A stretch of DNA of 64,000 nt from Tubulanus polymorphus (lineage: Eukaryota; Animalia; Nemertea), in NCBI RefSeq assembly GCF_964204645.1, contig NC_134032.1, forward strand, positions 8,296,275-8,360,274, written 5' to 3'. Both the position numbers and the translations under genes were made by a program. A model generated the notes under the pieces. The model was not told the DNA's origin and searched no databases. It worked only from the letters and a program-made list of their open reading frames with translations. Positions 11,647 to 23,849 of the stretch are shown piece after piece (position 1 is the first letter of the stretch; each line of letters starts with the position of its first letter).

Positions 11647-13750
11647 ATGGTAGTATTTGAAGGCGTCGGCGTGCAGGTGCATTTACAAGAAAACCTGATC
11701 AGACGCTACATAGAGGAACATCTTGAGTGGTTGGACGAGTTCATCGCTGGAGCCGATGACCAAACGTGGAGCAGATGGATTTCGATACGAAATCAAACCG
11801 GTTAGTTAAATGCTTTAAAATCGAAACCCGCTCGCCGATTTTAACGCGAATTTGCATCATTTTCGAAAGATGAAATCTGCTAGTTTGTAGAAGGAATCTC
11901 GACTACTGCCGAAATAGATGATTCAATCAGGTGTCCTGGGCATGCAGGGTACTATTTATTTTGGCAATAGAGGATTCCACTCGCGACAAGTGAAGATCCA
12001 CCCGTCACTTATGCAAAAGGACACCATTTCATATGGTATTGATAGAGGATCCTCACGTGCTGCGATTGAAGCGGTGTGGCCACTGCCCAGAAAAATCAGG
12101 GAATTTTACCAAAAACCTTGAAAACCCTTGAAAGTCTGGGAATTTGGAAAATTCTATTGACCATGTGTTTCTTTAGCATGCGATGCATTGAAAAATGGAT
12201 GATTTATTATTATCATTATACAAAATTTGTATAGCGCCTTATTCCAAAGAGGCTCTAGAGCGCTTTACACAAAATAACAAAGACGCGGTAATACATCCTA
12301 CAAAACATATAAAACATCTACATGGAAAATTCAGTCGAAATGTCTGGTGAAAAGTTAAGTTTTAAGAAGAGTTTTAAAACGATGTAGTGATTCAACAGAT
12401 CTGATGGCACTGGGTAGAGCATTCCATGAATTGTAACATTTTAAACCTACTGTCTGTCACACCTGCTCTCCGTGCGACGTTTTGGTCCGTAATTTCGTTA
12501 ATAATCCGTTTATCTACCTTTATTACGCATCAATTTGTTCAGTGAGGACTTTGCATTCAGAAATAAACAACAATTTTTACTAATTGTTTTTGTTTTCATT
12601 TATGAGCGATAGTTTACTCAGCATACGCTCGCGTAATGCTGAAAATTCAGCTCCGCGGGCGCTCGCAAATGTTACAGTGACGTAATCACCTGCTCATTAG
12701 CATATCAAAATACAGTAGGTGGCGCCACGTGATGGGTCATAAAAGCCATTTTTCGGCATTACGCGAGTGTATGGTAGGTAAAACTATCGCTGATTTATGA
12801 AAACACAAACAAATCTATGCCAGTTCATCATTTATTTCTGAATGCAAATTCCTTACTGAACTTATTGATGCATAATATTTGGAGATAAACCGATTATTAA
12901 CGAAATTACGGACCGAAATGTCGCACAGAGAGCAGGTGACAGACAATAGAAGTCTCTCTGAATCGACTCAGGGAATTTCTATAGGCCCAATCACAAAAAA
13001 AATCGGGAAAAACTAAGGGAATTTATAAAATGGATGTAAAAAGGCCACCCTGTAAGGGCCCACCAGGTGTCAGCGCGCTAATATGATAGGACGCAATAGA
13101 TGTGAGGTTGTTAAAATGAGGTTTCACTGCACCGAGTTTTATTCGTTTGTTTATATTTATTTCAGTTAATCTGACGGCTCAATGGCAGACGGGTAACCGT
13201 GACGACGATCCGCAGACGGCGACCACGCGGCAAATTCCCTGTTCTTCGAATCCCGCGCGAAAGCGCCGCCTCGAACTTTTGAGTCGTCGTTGTCAAGCGG
13301 CCGCGCGCAACTGGAAACGCCGTCGGGCTCTCACCGCGCCCGCCGTGCACCAACAAGCGCCGACAGACTACGACGTCGATTGCTCGGGCGACCTACCGGG
13401 GGCGTCGGACAATTCGAGTCATTGGAAATTAAAGCGTTCCCCGTCGGACGCCGAAGATTGCGACGACGAAAACGTCGATTCCGGTTCATTGACCTTGACC
13501 CCGGCTACTACGTCGGTGGGCGGAAATTTACCGACGACGGCGGTCGTAATCAAAACGGAGCCCCCCGGCGGCGAGGGGGAGGATCACGCTGGCGATTTTA
13601 TCGACGAAATGTTTTATTCGGATAACGCTAATTTGCGGATCGCCGATCCAAGCGATTCGGATTTCACCACGGCAGAGCAGAATTCATTCCCTAGTACGAG
13701 TACAGGTGGCGCCACTGTCTCATTGAATTACAGTCAAAACACATCACCGG
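11647..13750 (+). CDS. Shared 5' exons of an unnamed multi-isoform nuclear protein gene
   Basis: Exon 11637-11800 (ATG 11647; MVVFEGVGVQVHLQENLIRRYIEEHLEWLDEFIAGADDQTWSRWISIRNQT; donor GTTAGT, phase 1) joins in frame to exon 13166-13750 (acceptor TTTCAG; donor GTAAGA, phase 1). The second exon is a CpG-rich acidic, disordered linker with basic clusters RKRRL and KRRR and a SUMO-consensus motif IKTE. Confidence 0.8.
12205..12427 (-). mobile_element. L2/CR1-group LINE 3' end fragment
   Basis: The minus strand encodes WNALPSAIRSVESLHRFKTLLKT, followed by GCGCTATACAAAT and an (AAT)n tail. Confidence 0.75.
12450..12946. mobile_element. TA-flanked MITE with about 200-bp TIRs
   Basis: TA|CTGTCTGTCACACCTGCTCTCCGTGCGACG...CGCACAGAGAGCAGGTGACAGACAA|TA. 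Confidence 0.85.
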
Positions 13751-15205
13751 GTAAGAACAAAACATTTTATACATCTATCGCTATTTCACAAATTCATCTT
13801 AAAAACTGGTATTGAATGTTACCTCAAGTGCAGTAGATCGATTAAGATACCGAACTCCAGTTCTAGATCGACCCCTAAATTCGGGCGCGGATCCCCAGGG
13901 GATCTTTTGGGGCCTTATAGAAGACCTTCAAATGTTTTGATTTTTTTGTTGCGGTCAATGGCCTGGTTTTATAGACTGGAATCAACTTTAACCCACGGGT
14001 TAAATCTATTGAAAATGAATTAAGTTAGCCCCCGGGTTAAAGGTAATACCAGTCTATAAAACCAGCCCCGTAGCTCTTATAGACTGGTATTAACATTTAG
14101 CCAGGGGTTAGGCCTAACTCAATTGAAAATGAATTGAGTAAGCCCCCGGGTAAAAGTTGATACCGGTACCAGTCTATACTGGTAACCTTGAATTTAAATT
14201 AATTAATGTTTGGTTGATTTAGGAAGAGAATTCTACAGTAATTGGGATATGAAAGAAATGCGGGCCCCTATTTTGAAATTTTAAATTTTCTCCTTTGAAA
14301 CTCCTTAGGCTTATATGCAGGGAACTTCATATCCAGGGGTGACTGATCTGTAGGGACCTAGGATTATAAGATCCTATACGGTTCAAATGTGCTCCTCTAC
14401 CTAGCAATGTTCCTGCAATCCCTGACCCCTATTGTTTAACAATCTTTATGTGTATGCATTTTCATTATAGATTTGTATTAGCCTAATTTAATTGTTTTCT
14501 AGCCTTCTACTTGGGTATGTTGCTTAAAATTGGGGAAAATTATCGTGAAGGATGAACGTTTCGGAGTTCGCTCATCTGACCCCTTAACGTTATTGGTTTC
14601 AGCTGAAATAGAAGAAAGTGTTTTTTTTTCAATCATTCAATGTGCCCTTTATTTCAACGCAGCACAAAACCTTTCTAAAGTTGGCCCTGGCCTGGAACAG
14701 CTCCTGAAATCCAAAATAGTTCATTTTTAATAACTTAAAAAAATTATGTCTTCACGTATGCTGTTTGCTGTTCAGTGAAGTTCTGAACACATATTCACTC
14801 TGGACAATCACTTATGGAGTGCGCCTTGATGAAAGCTTGGTGTTCGTAGTTCATTTCTGATGTCTTGGGACTGTCTTGGGGTGAAGTCTATACCTGTGAA
14901 GAGTGGACAATTACTTTTTGAAAGTGTCCTGATAGAATGCCTGTCTGGCGTTTGTAGTCCATTGTTCATCGAAAGGGCCTTAGATGAAGTTGTGAACACC
15001 TTTTGAAGTCTGGATGATCAGTTTTCGTAGCAATAGTAGTCAATACGTCCAATTAGAACGTCGCGCGCATAGTTGTGAAGATTGATACCTAAAATTTCTG
15101 AAATGGTGACCATACCAATACCATATTTGGAAATTTCTAGTTACCAGATTATGATATTTTTTATTGATTTTATGCGCTAAAAAAATGAATTCAGTATTCT
15201 CCTAG

Positions 15206-15495
15206 GCGAGTCGCGCTTGTCGAGAATTCGGTGAAACAATTTTGTTTTCGAATTCGAGTTTTTTCATTCCGCGAGTAATTTGCGACGACTGTGACGAAGA
15301 AACCGCTTTCATCTCGTGGAAACGAACAGTTCCTGACACGCGGTAAGTGCGCGCTCTAATTTGACTTCTGATCTTTCGAGAAAGAAACTTATCAAAAAGA
15401 AATTATATCGATATATCGTTTAAGAATTTTGAACCTACGATGGCTTGAGATTTTGAACCCGGAGAAGAATTTGGAAACGATTCTGAAAGTGGTAT
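15206..15495 (+). pseudogene. Decayed paralogous copy of variable module B
   Basis: The patch is CpG-rich. 15445-15493 (TTGAGATTTTGAACCCGGAGAAGAATT..ACGATTCTGAAAGTGGT) nearly duplicates 17244-17293. ATTVTKKP..FLTRG echoes STTAVLRKRP..TLTRA of exon 16009. In-frame stops are present and the copy is truncated by a MITE arm at 15495. Confidence 0.6.
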
Positions 15496-15672
15496 ATGCT
15501 AGGTTAACTATCGCTGATAGATGAAAACACAAACAAATCTATGCCAGTTCATGATTTATTTCTGAATGCAAATTCCTTACTGAACAAATTGATGCATGAT
15601 ATTTGCAGATAAACCGATTATAAACGAAATTACGGACCAAAACGTCGCACGGAGAGCAACTGTGACAGACAG
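15495..15672. mobile_element. Right arm only of the 12450-12946 MITE family
   Basis: Close match to 12770-12946, ending GTGACAGACAG|TA. Confidence 0.8.
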
Positions 15673-16008
15673 TAATTTCTATCAGGCGTACTGATGATGG
15701 CTGATAGTATTTAGCCGAAGCGTTGCTCGAAATACATATATTTTTACTAGAACTTCTCTCTCGTTATTCATCTCACACGCATATCGCGTATCGTCTCGAC
15801 TCTTCGATAAATTGGAACGTTTAAAGCTAGAAATTTCTCGGGGAATCTCACTCGGGGAATCTTTTGTGGTCACGTGGAAAAATCAGGGAAATCTCAGGGA
15901 ATTTTAAAGGGCGTTAAGTGGCCACTATGGGTTGATAAGTTAATCGATTATTGAATTTTCGCGTAAATTTCGCCGCATTAATCGTCCGTGATTTCGATGA
16001 AATTTCAG

Positions 16009-17491
16009 GTTCGACGACGGCTGTGCTTCGAAAACGACCGAAAAACCGAGACAAAATCAAAAGAACGTTGACGCGAGCCGTCGTCTGCCTGGCCGAGACG
16101 GACGCGCTGTTGATACCGGATCGAGATGAACTAGCGCGGCTACTCGCGTCCGGGCTCGGCTTGCGAAAAATTACGTTCAACGCAAACGGATCGAAGCAGG
16201 ATCTATCGGATAAACTCTACGAGTAAGTTAGCGATTTATGGTCCCGTTCCATAAACTCCCCCTACGGTTGCCTTCGTAAAGACCCCTACGAAATCAAGTT
16301 CCATAAACGCTTACGGTGAAGATGACGGCTTCCATACATTTCCCCTGTGACATCGTCAAATTCCAGAAAAGATGGCTACCTTCATACCCCTACGATCCTT
16401 TTTTTCGAAAAAAGTTTCGACAAACATCATCTTTGTCCTTCTTTTTAACCCAAATCCATCCTTTTGATAAAAAAGTCCTTCCAAATTTGATTTTTTATGT
16501 ATTTTCGCATGCAATTTTGTCGCGAATTGTACTGTTGAAGTATTCTATTACTCGGGCCTGGTAATTCAATTAAATCATTAAGATTGAATAATTACCCTGA
16601 AATGTATGACCGGTCTACACGACTAGTATTCCAGCAAAGTCATTGCGAAAATGCTCCCTTATGGACCCTTTTACTGGAAAGAACTTCTTTCTGAGTCAAA
16701 AAGTCCCTCCTTTTGGGTCTAGAATTGTGGAAAAAGTCCTTCTTAGTACTTCTTTTTTCCCTGGCCTTACCACTGGAAACCCTGCCTAGATAGTTCCTGA
16801 AAGCATGGATCCATATATCCCCCTACGATAGGCCTATGATTGAATTACCGATGAGAGAGCCTTCCAGTATAGATGGCTCCTTCTATAAACCCCCCATGAT
16901 CACCCAGAGCTGCCAAATGTTCCTGATTTTCAGTGTTTATTACAATTTTATAACAAGAAATACCAATTTGATTTGTTCGATACTACAGAAATATGAAAGA
17001 TGTTACTGATGGTCTTATTGTTGAATGATGGAACATTTTCTTTCATATTCCAATGAAATGTTACTCAAAGAAATTAAACTTGTTACTAATAGCGCTTTTT
17101 AGAGGTTGGCAGCCCCGATATCCGTAGCGGAAACGATAGCTGCCTCCGTAAATTCTCCCCCTATGTCTATTATTGAAGAAATACTTTGCAAATGCGGATT
17201 GAATTTTTCAGGGAATACCCAAAGTTAAAACGTGGCGGTGGTTTTGAGATTTTGAACCCGGAGAAGAATTCGCGAACGATTCTGAAAGTGGTCCACGTCG
17301 GCGCCATCGAGTGTAGCCGACTTGGCGAGGTATCGGCGTCGAAATTCTACGTCCGTCCGCTGCAGGTCGACCTGTCTCGCGTCGTCGACGTGCAGACTCC
17401 GCACTCAGGTGGCACGATCGCGTGCGTTCGCTGCCGGCGCCGATTCAAAATCAACGACATCAGAAGTCATCGCGAGAAGTGCTTCGTTTGA
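16009..17491 (+). CDS. Variable 3' module B: uncharacterised globular domain plus a C2HC finger (isoform about 410 aa)
   Basis: Exon 16009-16222 (phase 1 in, phase 2 out, donor GTAAGT) joins 17212-17491 (TGA). Sequence: VVCLA..IPDRDELARLLASGLGLRKITF..YPKLKRGGGFEIL..FYVRPLQVDL..CVRC..HREKC. Shared exons plus module total 1233 nt, a whole number of codons. Confidence 0.8.
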
Positions 17492-18361
17492 AAAACGTAC
17501 GACGCGCCGACAGCTACGTGTTCCTTCGAAGAAGCGGTGCAAATGTTAGTATTTTTTCGATTTTGTCGTTATTTCGTAGTCGCTGTGTTCTCCGTATGCC
17601 GTCAGTTCAACGGTACAACTCCTTGATTCCTTGAAAACTCCTTCTAAACCAAAAATATTTTTCTAGGTACTTGTCGAGAACATAAGTGAGAATAATTGAG
17701 AATTGAGTTCTAACGAACAACGTAATTACATTTACTTACACTACACTTTACGGATTGACATAGGCTCTGCTCGCGAGAGCTGTAAAACGACCACTGCCGT
17801 ACCCATACCATACAGTCGATCATGCGCACTAATCGTGGTGCGAAAACCTTGGCGGGAAAATATTCCTGACAGTACTTGAATATCCTTGAATTTAAGCAAA
17901 ATGCCCAAAAGTCCTTAAAAACGCCTTGAATTTTGAGAAATTGGCAATTTTTTGGCTCTAGGCCTAGTTATTATATACACAGATTCCATCGATTGAATGG
18001 TTTACTGATAAAAACAGTACCACTGTGGCTGCTGAAATAGCAAGGCTTTCAATGCTCCACAAAATTCAGCTCGATTTCGGTGTAATCTTCTATTTTTCAC
18101 ATTACCTCAATATATTTCAAAGCGATTATCAACATTGATAGAATATTGACATCCGCTCTTGTGGGGGCAGCTGTTAATTTTTTAAGGGATAACTGATTTT
18201 CAGAGGGGTGGATGTAAAAATGTTGCGGAGAACACTGCGTGAAAATTATGGTTCTCTCTGAGGAAGAATTTTCAGCATAGCTAAGCAAAATTATGTTAAG
18301 TTACTAATGACGATCTTACTCTAATGATTCATTAAAGTAACTGATGACAGCCTTTCATTAA

Positions 18362-18661
18362 CCCTTTCAGCGCTGACTAATTTATACCCGAAAGTGCTGA
18401 AGATGATACATTGTATGAGAAAAATCTTCCAAATGCCACTCCAGTGTGTTGAATAATGGGCATGTCGCTACAGTGCGTCTACACCATCCTGCGGTGTATC
18501 ATTAGTTACTAATATTTTACAATGTTTGACAGGTTATAGTCATTCAATAGGGATAGAAACTAATAACTAATAGGCCTATATGAATACACTACGATGCAGT
18601 GTACTAGCTAAGTCCATCACCAATTTATACATCGTACTGCGGTGTAGATGCACTGGAAGGG
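18362..18661. mobile_element. piggyBac-type MITE (degenerate copy)
   Basis: TTAA|CCCTTTCAGCGC...GCACTGGAAGGG|TAA; same family as 25486-25768. Confidence 0.7.
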
Positions 18662-19880
18662 TAATGTTATGATTTATGATGACCTTCTCACGCTTGATGA
18701 CTTCAATGATATGATTTGATTGTAGTTACATTTGTGAAACAGGGCCGTATTGTTTGAAATGTTATTTATCACTTACCCGATCACTTACTTTACTTTGTCT
18801 ACACGAACTGTTGCCTATTTGGATGTCTGGCGAAAACTCAAAATGTACATTCGATTAATTTCAAAATAATTGTTAAATAAATGCGTTATCATTAAAAATT
18901 GTTGTTACGTTTAATTCATTCGCCAGGAGCCACAGTGAATAACCAGTGCTTGTTGCTCCTGACAGTCTTTTGGGCAGTTTATCAAGACAATCAGGACAAA
19001 TATCAGTCTTAAGTAGAGGGGAACTTACAGGCGTAACATGACTGAAATATGGATCTGCTTGAAAATTGTGAAAATAATATGAAAAGGTTAAAGAAGCATG
19101 TGAAAAATGCGAAGAAAAATATCCATCCCATCTACCGTGAGCTGTATGCAGCAAAAGCTGTGTAAAAGTTAACGAAATTTCACTTTTTTCCGTCCAAGTC
19201 GCGATCAGTAAATTCTTGTTATTGTACCCTGACGTGTAAAAAACGTGAAAAATCTGGAGCGAGGAAATTCATGTGAAAGATCCGGTGGTAGTTTGTTGTT
19301 AAAAAAGCAATATTGAGGATATGAAAAGGTGAAAATTTCAGAGTTCATCAGTCTCCCTTGACTGTCTTCATCAGTCTTGGAAAATGTTTCTTTAGGTGCT
19401 TGAAGCTCCCTTAATTTGAGCAAAATGTCAGGAACCCCTTCAATTTTTTTGAAAAAAGCAAAATAGAAATTTTCGTCTAGTTTATAGTTGTACAGTAGAC
19501 TATGCCTAAATCGATTAAGTTGGGATTCGTTTTTACCCAATTAGGCAGTGACCAAATTAGAAAACGAGTTAAGGTAGTGTAAAGGATGAACATTTGCTCA
19601 CAGAACTACAGAAAATGGTTTATACATGTACATATGAAAGTCATACAGACACTCCTTATATCCAGGAATGACTGTTCTGTAGGGACCCTGTCCTACCTTT
19701 GACGTCGGTTCGTATGTATGTGTAATTCTATAGTAGGATGATGAAATAATTGGATGGAAACGACTCAAAATTGAATGAATATTCAAGTATTCATTACGAG
19801 GAACAGCCCCGTTTGTTGCGCGCGTGCACGCCTGTCGGTGTAACTATGGTAACCTTCGGTGTTTGTTTGCCTATTTTCAG

Positions 19881-20296
19881 ACGGCGGTCGACGAATCGCA
19901 GCGGACGACGACAACGACGAGGTTACCGTGGTTACCGAGCATCGGCAGCACGCGACGCGTCGAGAAACGACGTATGACGACCCCCGTATATACGGTCTAC
20001 CGGCGCGACATTTCCAGCAGAGACAAGTCGCGCTCGATCGGATGATGAATTCGACGGTTCGAACCGCAGCGGTCGCTTCTCCCGGTACCGCGGCGTCAAT
20101 GCAGCACGTCTGCCATATTTGCGATAAGCATTTCAGTTACAAGTCGAATTTGTGGCGGCACATGAGTTTACACCCGGGAGTGTCGCCGTTCTCGTGTCGA
20201 ATTTGTCAGAAGAGCTATCGCAACGCGAACAACCTGAGAACTCACATGTTGAAAACGCACAGCGACCAGATGGATAGACTCGTGAGTTTATTCTGA
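19881..20296 (+). CDS. Variable 3' module C: two C2H2 zinc fingers (isoform about 384 aa)
   Basis: Phase-1 acceptor TTTTCAG at 19880. Encodes CHICDKHFSYKSNLWRHMSLH and CRICQKSYRNANNLRTHMLKTH. Shared exons plus module total 1155 nt. Confidence 0.85.
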
Positions 20297-21135
20297 GAAC
20301 CCGCGTGAAACTCACATGTTGAAAACTCACAGCGACCAGACGGATAGACTCGTGAGTTTATTCTGAGACCCCGCGTGAAACCCACATGTTGAAAACTCAC
20401 AGCGACCAGACGGATAGACTCGTGAGTTTATTCTGAGACCCCGCGTGAAACCCACATGTTGAAAACTCACAGCGACCAGACGGATAGACTCGTGAGTTTA
20501 TTCTGAGACCCCGCGTGAAACCCACATGTTGAAAACTCACAGCGACCAGAAGGATAGACTCGTGAGTTTATTCTGAGACCCCGCGTGAAACCCACATGTT
20601 GAAAACTCACAGCGACCAGAAGGATAGACTCGTGAGTTTATTCTGAGACCCCGCGTGAAACCCACATGTTGAAAACTCACAGCGACCAGACGGATAGACT
20701 CGTGAGTTTATTCTGAGAACCCGCGTGAAACTCACATGTTGAAAACGCACAGCGACCAGATGGATAGACTCGTGAGTTTATTCTGAGAACCCGCGTGAAA
20801 CTCACATGTTGAAAACTCACAGCGACCAGACGGATAGACTCGTGAGTTTATTCTGAGACCCCGCGTGAAACTCACATGTTGAAAACTCACAGCGACCAGA
20901 TGGATAGACTCGTGAGTTCATTCTGAGAACCCGCATGAAACTCACATGTTGAAAACGCACAGCGACCAGATGGATAGACTCGTGAGTTTATTCTGAGAAC
21001 CCGCGTGAAACTCACATGTTGAAAACTCACAGCGACCAGATGGATAGACTCGTGAGTTTATTCTGAGAACACACGTGAAACTCACATGTTGAAAACGCAC
21101 AGCGAATTGATGGATAAACTCATGAGTTTATTCTC
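20240..21135 (+). repeat. 60-bp tandem repeat, about 15 copies, with degenerate copies to about 21430
   Basis: Unit CTCACATGTTGAAAACNCACAGCGACCAGANGGATAGACTCGTGAGTTTATTCTGAGANCCCGCGTGAAA. The first unit is the coding end of module C. Confidence 0.97.
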
Positions 21136-22242
21136 ACAAGTTGAAATAACTCGCATGTTATAACTCAGGACCCAGTTCCACAGTTGTGAATTAGAGTTAA
21201 CTCTGAGTTGAAATTAGTTCATTTTCAATGTTTTAACTCAGAGTAAAATTTTAACTCACGACTGTGGAACTGGGTCCGGATGTTTATAACTCACATGTTG
21301 AAAGCTCGCAGTGACCAGATGGATAAAACTCTTGAGTTCATTCCGAGAATTCGCGTGTTGAAAACTCACACTGACCCGATGGATAAACTCGCAATTTAAT
21401 TCTGAGAACTCACATGTTGAAAGCTTGCAGTGAGTTTAAACTCGAGACTCTTATTATGTCAAAAGCTCACATTCACAATTGCTGATCAACTCATGCTGAG
21501 CGGTCACTACTCTCAATGGGACTGCCTACCATACTTCAAGGCCTCAGAATTTCTGGTTAAAAAAATCCATAGATAACTGAATGAATTTCAGACTGCACGA
21601 TTAGTCAAGATATGCACTAATAATCTTTACAATTTAATATGTCAATAACTTTAATGGTCATATTTTTTATTGATTTAGAATTTGATTTCTCATCATTATA
21701 CATTGTACATTATTTTTGATTACGACAATTGAGATTTGTGTAAGATTAAACATTGATTTCAATGCTAACTAAAAATAAACTATAAAGGCTGAAGATCATC
21801 AGTTTAAATTCTGATTATTTTAACCTTGAATCTTATGATTTCAATAGAATGTTTATGTTTGAAATATGTTCATGCTTGTTCTTGGTGAACCAAACCTTGA
21901 AGTAACAGGGTACCCCACAGCGCTACTGTCAGGGGTGGATTCAGGGGCATGTTGTGACCATGTCGACCAATAAAAAGGGCATATATTCTTAATCTAGGGC
22001 GGAAAGGCATATCAGCAAAATTTTTGAAATTTTCTATCATTTTAGAGCTTTCTGAGCATCTCTGAGAGGCATTTAGTCAAGAAACATTATATATTTAGGG
22101 AAAATATCTATTGTGTATCTCAGGTGGGCACTTAAAAATTCTGACTGTGTCGGGCGATACGGTCGACACGGCCTAAATCTGCCCCTGACTGTGGCAATTG
22201 AGGATTCCACGTATGGCAGGCGAAGATCCGCAAGGTTCACTA

Positions 22243-22405
22243 GGGGATCATTCATTTATTACGTACGCCCAAAATTTGAATTTTTCAACCCCCCTCCCCT
22301 CTACTCAAAATCGACCATTTTTTCATATACATTAAGCATTACAGTACGCAATTGCACTGACCCCTCCCTCCTCTCCTAATGCGTACGTAATAAATGAATG
22401 ACCCC
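22243..22405. mobile_element. Harbinger-like MITE
   Basis: GGGGATCATTCATTTATTACGTACGC / GCGTACGTAATAAATGAATGACCCC. Confidence 0.75.
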
Positions 22406-22927
22406 TAGTACATGTAGATAGTTGGTCTTCCACCAATTTCTTCTACAAATCTAAATGAACTTTTCTCTTAAATGAATCAATTTAATTTATGAAAACTATA
22501 CCGAGTAGAAGACCACACTTCACTGTATATCGCACCCCAAGAGCGGCTTCGACTACAGACATCAAATTGACAGCTGCTTTTACAGGGTCCCTACGACCCC
22601 TCGATTCTTTATCAAAAACTTCATAGAGGAAATGCTTTTAAATGGTGCTTGAAACTCCTTTAATTCAAACAAAATGCTCGAAACTCCTTCATTTTTGAGA
22701 AATAGGCAAGTGGAAATTTCATTTATTTTGCTTACAAAGCCACCCAGATAATACTAGCTAGATAAACAGTACCGGTTTAGGTGGAGTCTAAAGTAATTGG
22801 GACTAGTAATGTCGAAATTTGAAATTATTCCCTTATATCCAGGAATGACTGACCTATTTTAATAATAATGTTACCGTGCGTTGAATAGATGAATGTAAAA
22901 CTTTGTTTTTCGTTTTATTTTTTGCAG

Positions 22928-23849
22928 CGTACACGACGACATGGAATATGAATCGAAGGCTCGTACGAGGGTCGAGTTTATACGATAAAGTCATCAAAGC
23001 GGTGTGCGGTATACCGGGTCCGGCCGCGTTACCCAGGACCATACAACGTCGCATCAAGGGCTCTAAAATTCAGGAAATTCGAGGTAAATTGAAACTGTTT
23101 TTGTTTTAGGGTTTCGTTCGCCAAAGTAAGTCAAATAAAAGTAGCCACCATGTTCTGCTATTGTTATTCCAAATCAGGGAGGGATTTAGGGGAGGTTGCC
23201 CTTTTTGTGAAATCAAAGATCATTAAAACCTGTTTAAATTTGTTACTTATCCTTTCAAAAATTGCATTTTTCAAACATATTTCTAAGAATATCTAATAGC
23301 ATTGGTGGGACTCCTCTAGTAGCCTATGAAATGGCTGCTTTATCTGAAAAATGCCTTTTTCTTCTGGACCCCAGTCTTCCAAATTCACTTTGTCTATGGT
23401 CAGCCCTAGTCAGTAGGCCTAACCTGTCTGGTTGGATAATTTCACAAACCACAGTACATTGGTTTAAGCCCATCCGATTATTAAGCTTACCACCAACGAT
23501 GCCTGCAAATTCATTACCACCAATGATAGGTAGGCCTACTAACTATGGGGTCCGCCGCTGCAAATATGATATTGTCTATTTTACAGACGAACTTTGTCGT
23601 TTGGGTCGGCACGGTTTCGGCAAATTGAGCACGGTCGAAATCGGCGGGTCGCTGCGATCGTTATTCTTCAAAACTCCGCCCACCGCTGTGAATCCTGCCG
23701 CATTGAATACGTATTTGGTGAAGGCGCGGATGTCGCTTTTCGAGTACGAACTGTGTTTCAACGACGCCAATCAGACGGAACGATCCATCAAAGAAGCGTG
23801 TTTACTTCATCACCCGCAGAAACAATTTCTCGCTAAATTTTGGCGGTGA
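22928..23849 (+). CDS. Variable 3' module D: winged-helix-like domain (isoform about 385 aa)
   Basis: Exons 22928-23083 (phase 1-1) and 23587-23849 (TGA). Sequence: LYDKVIKAVCGIPGP..PRTIQRRI..KIQEIRDELCRLGRHGFGKLSTV..LFFKTPP..MSLFEYELCF. Shared exons plus module total 1158 nt. AATAAA follows at 24027. The winged-helix call is inferred from the residue pattern only. Confidence 0.78.

Noticed and set aside
14222-14730. Extra phase-1 variable exons at about 14223 and 14603
   Set aside because: They are short, AT-rich and CpG-poor, show no domain pattern and lie in repeat-like DNA.
20240-21135. CRISPR-like array
   Set aside because: The units are contiguous with no unique spacers, there are no cas genes, and the context is eukaryotic.
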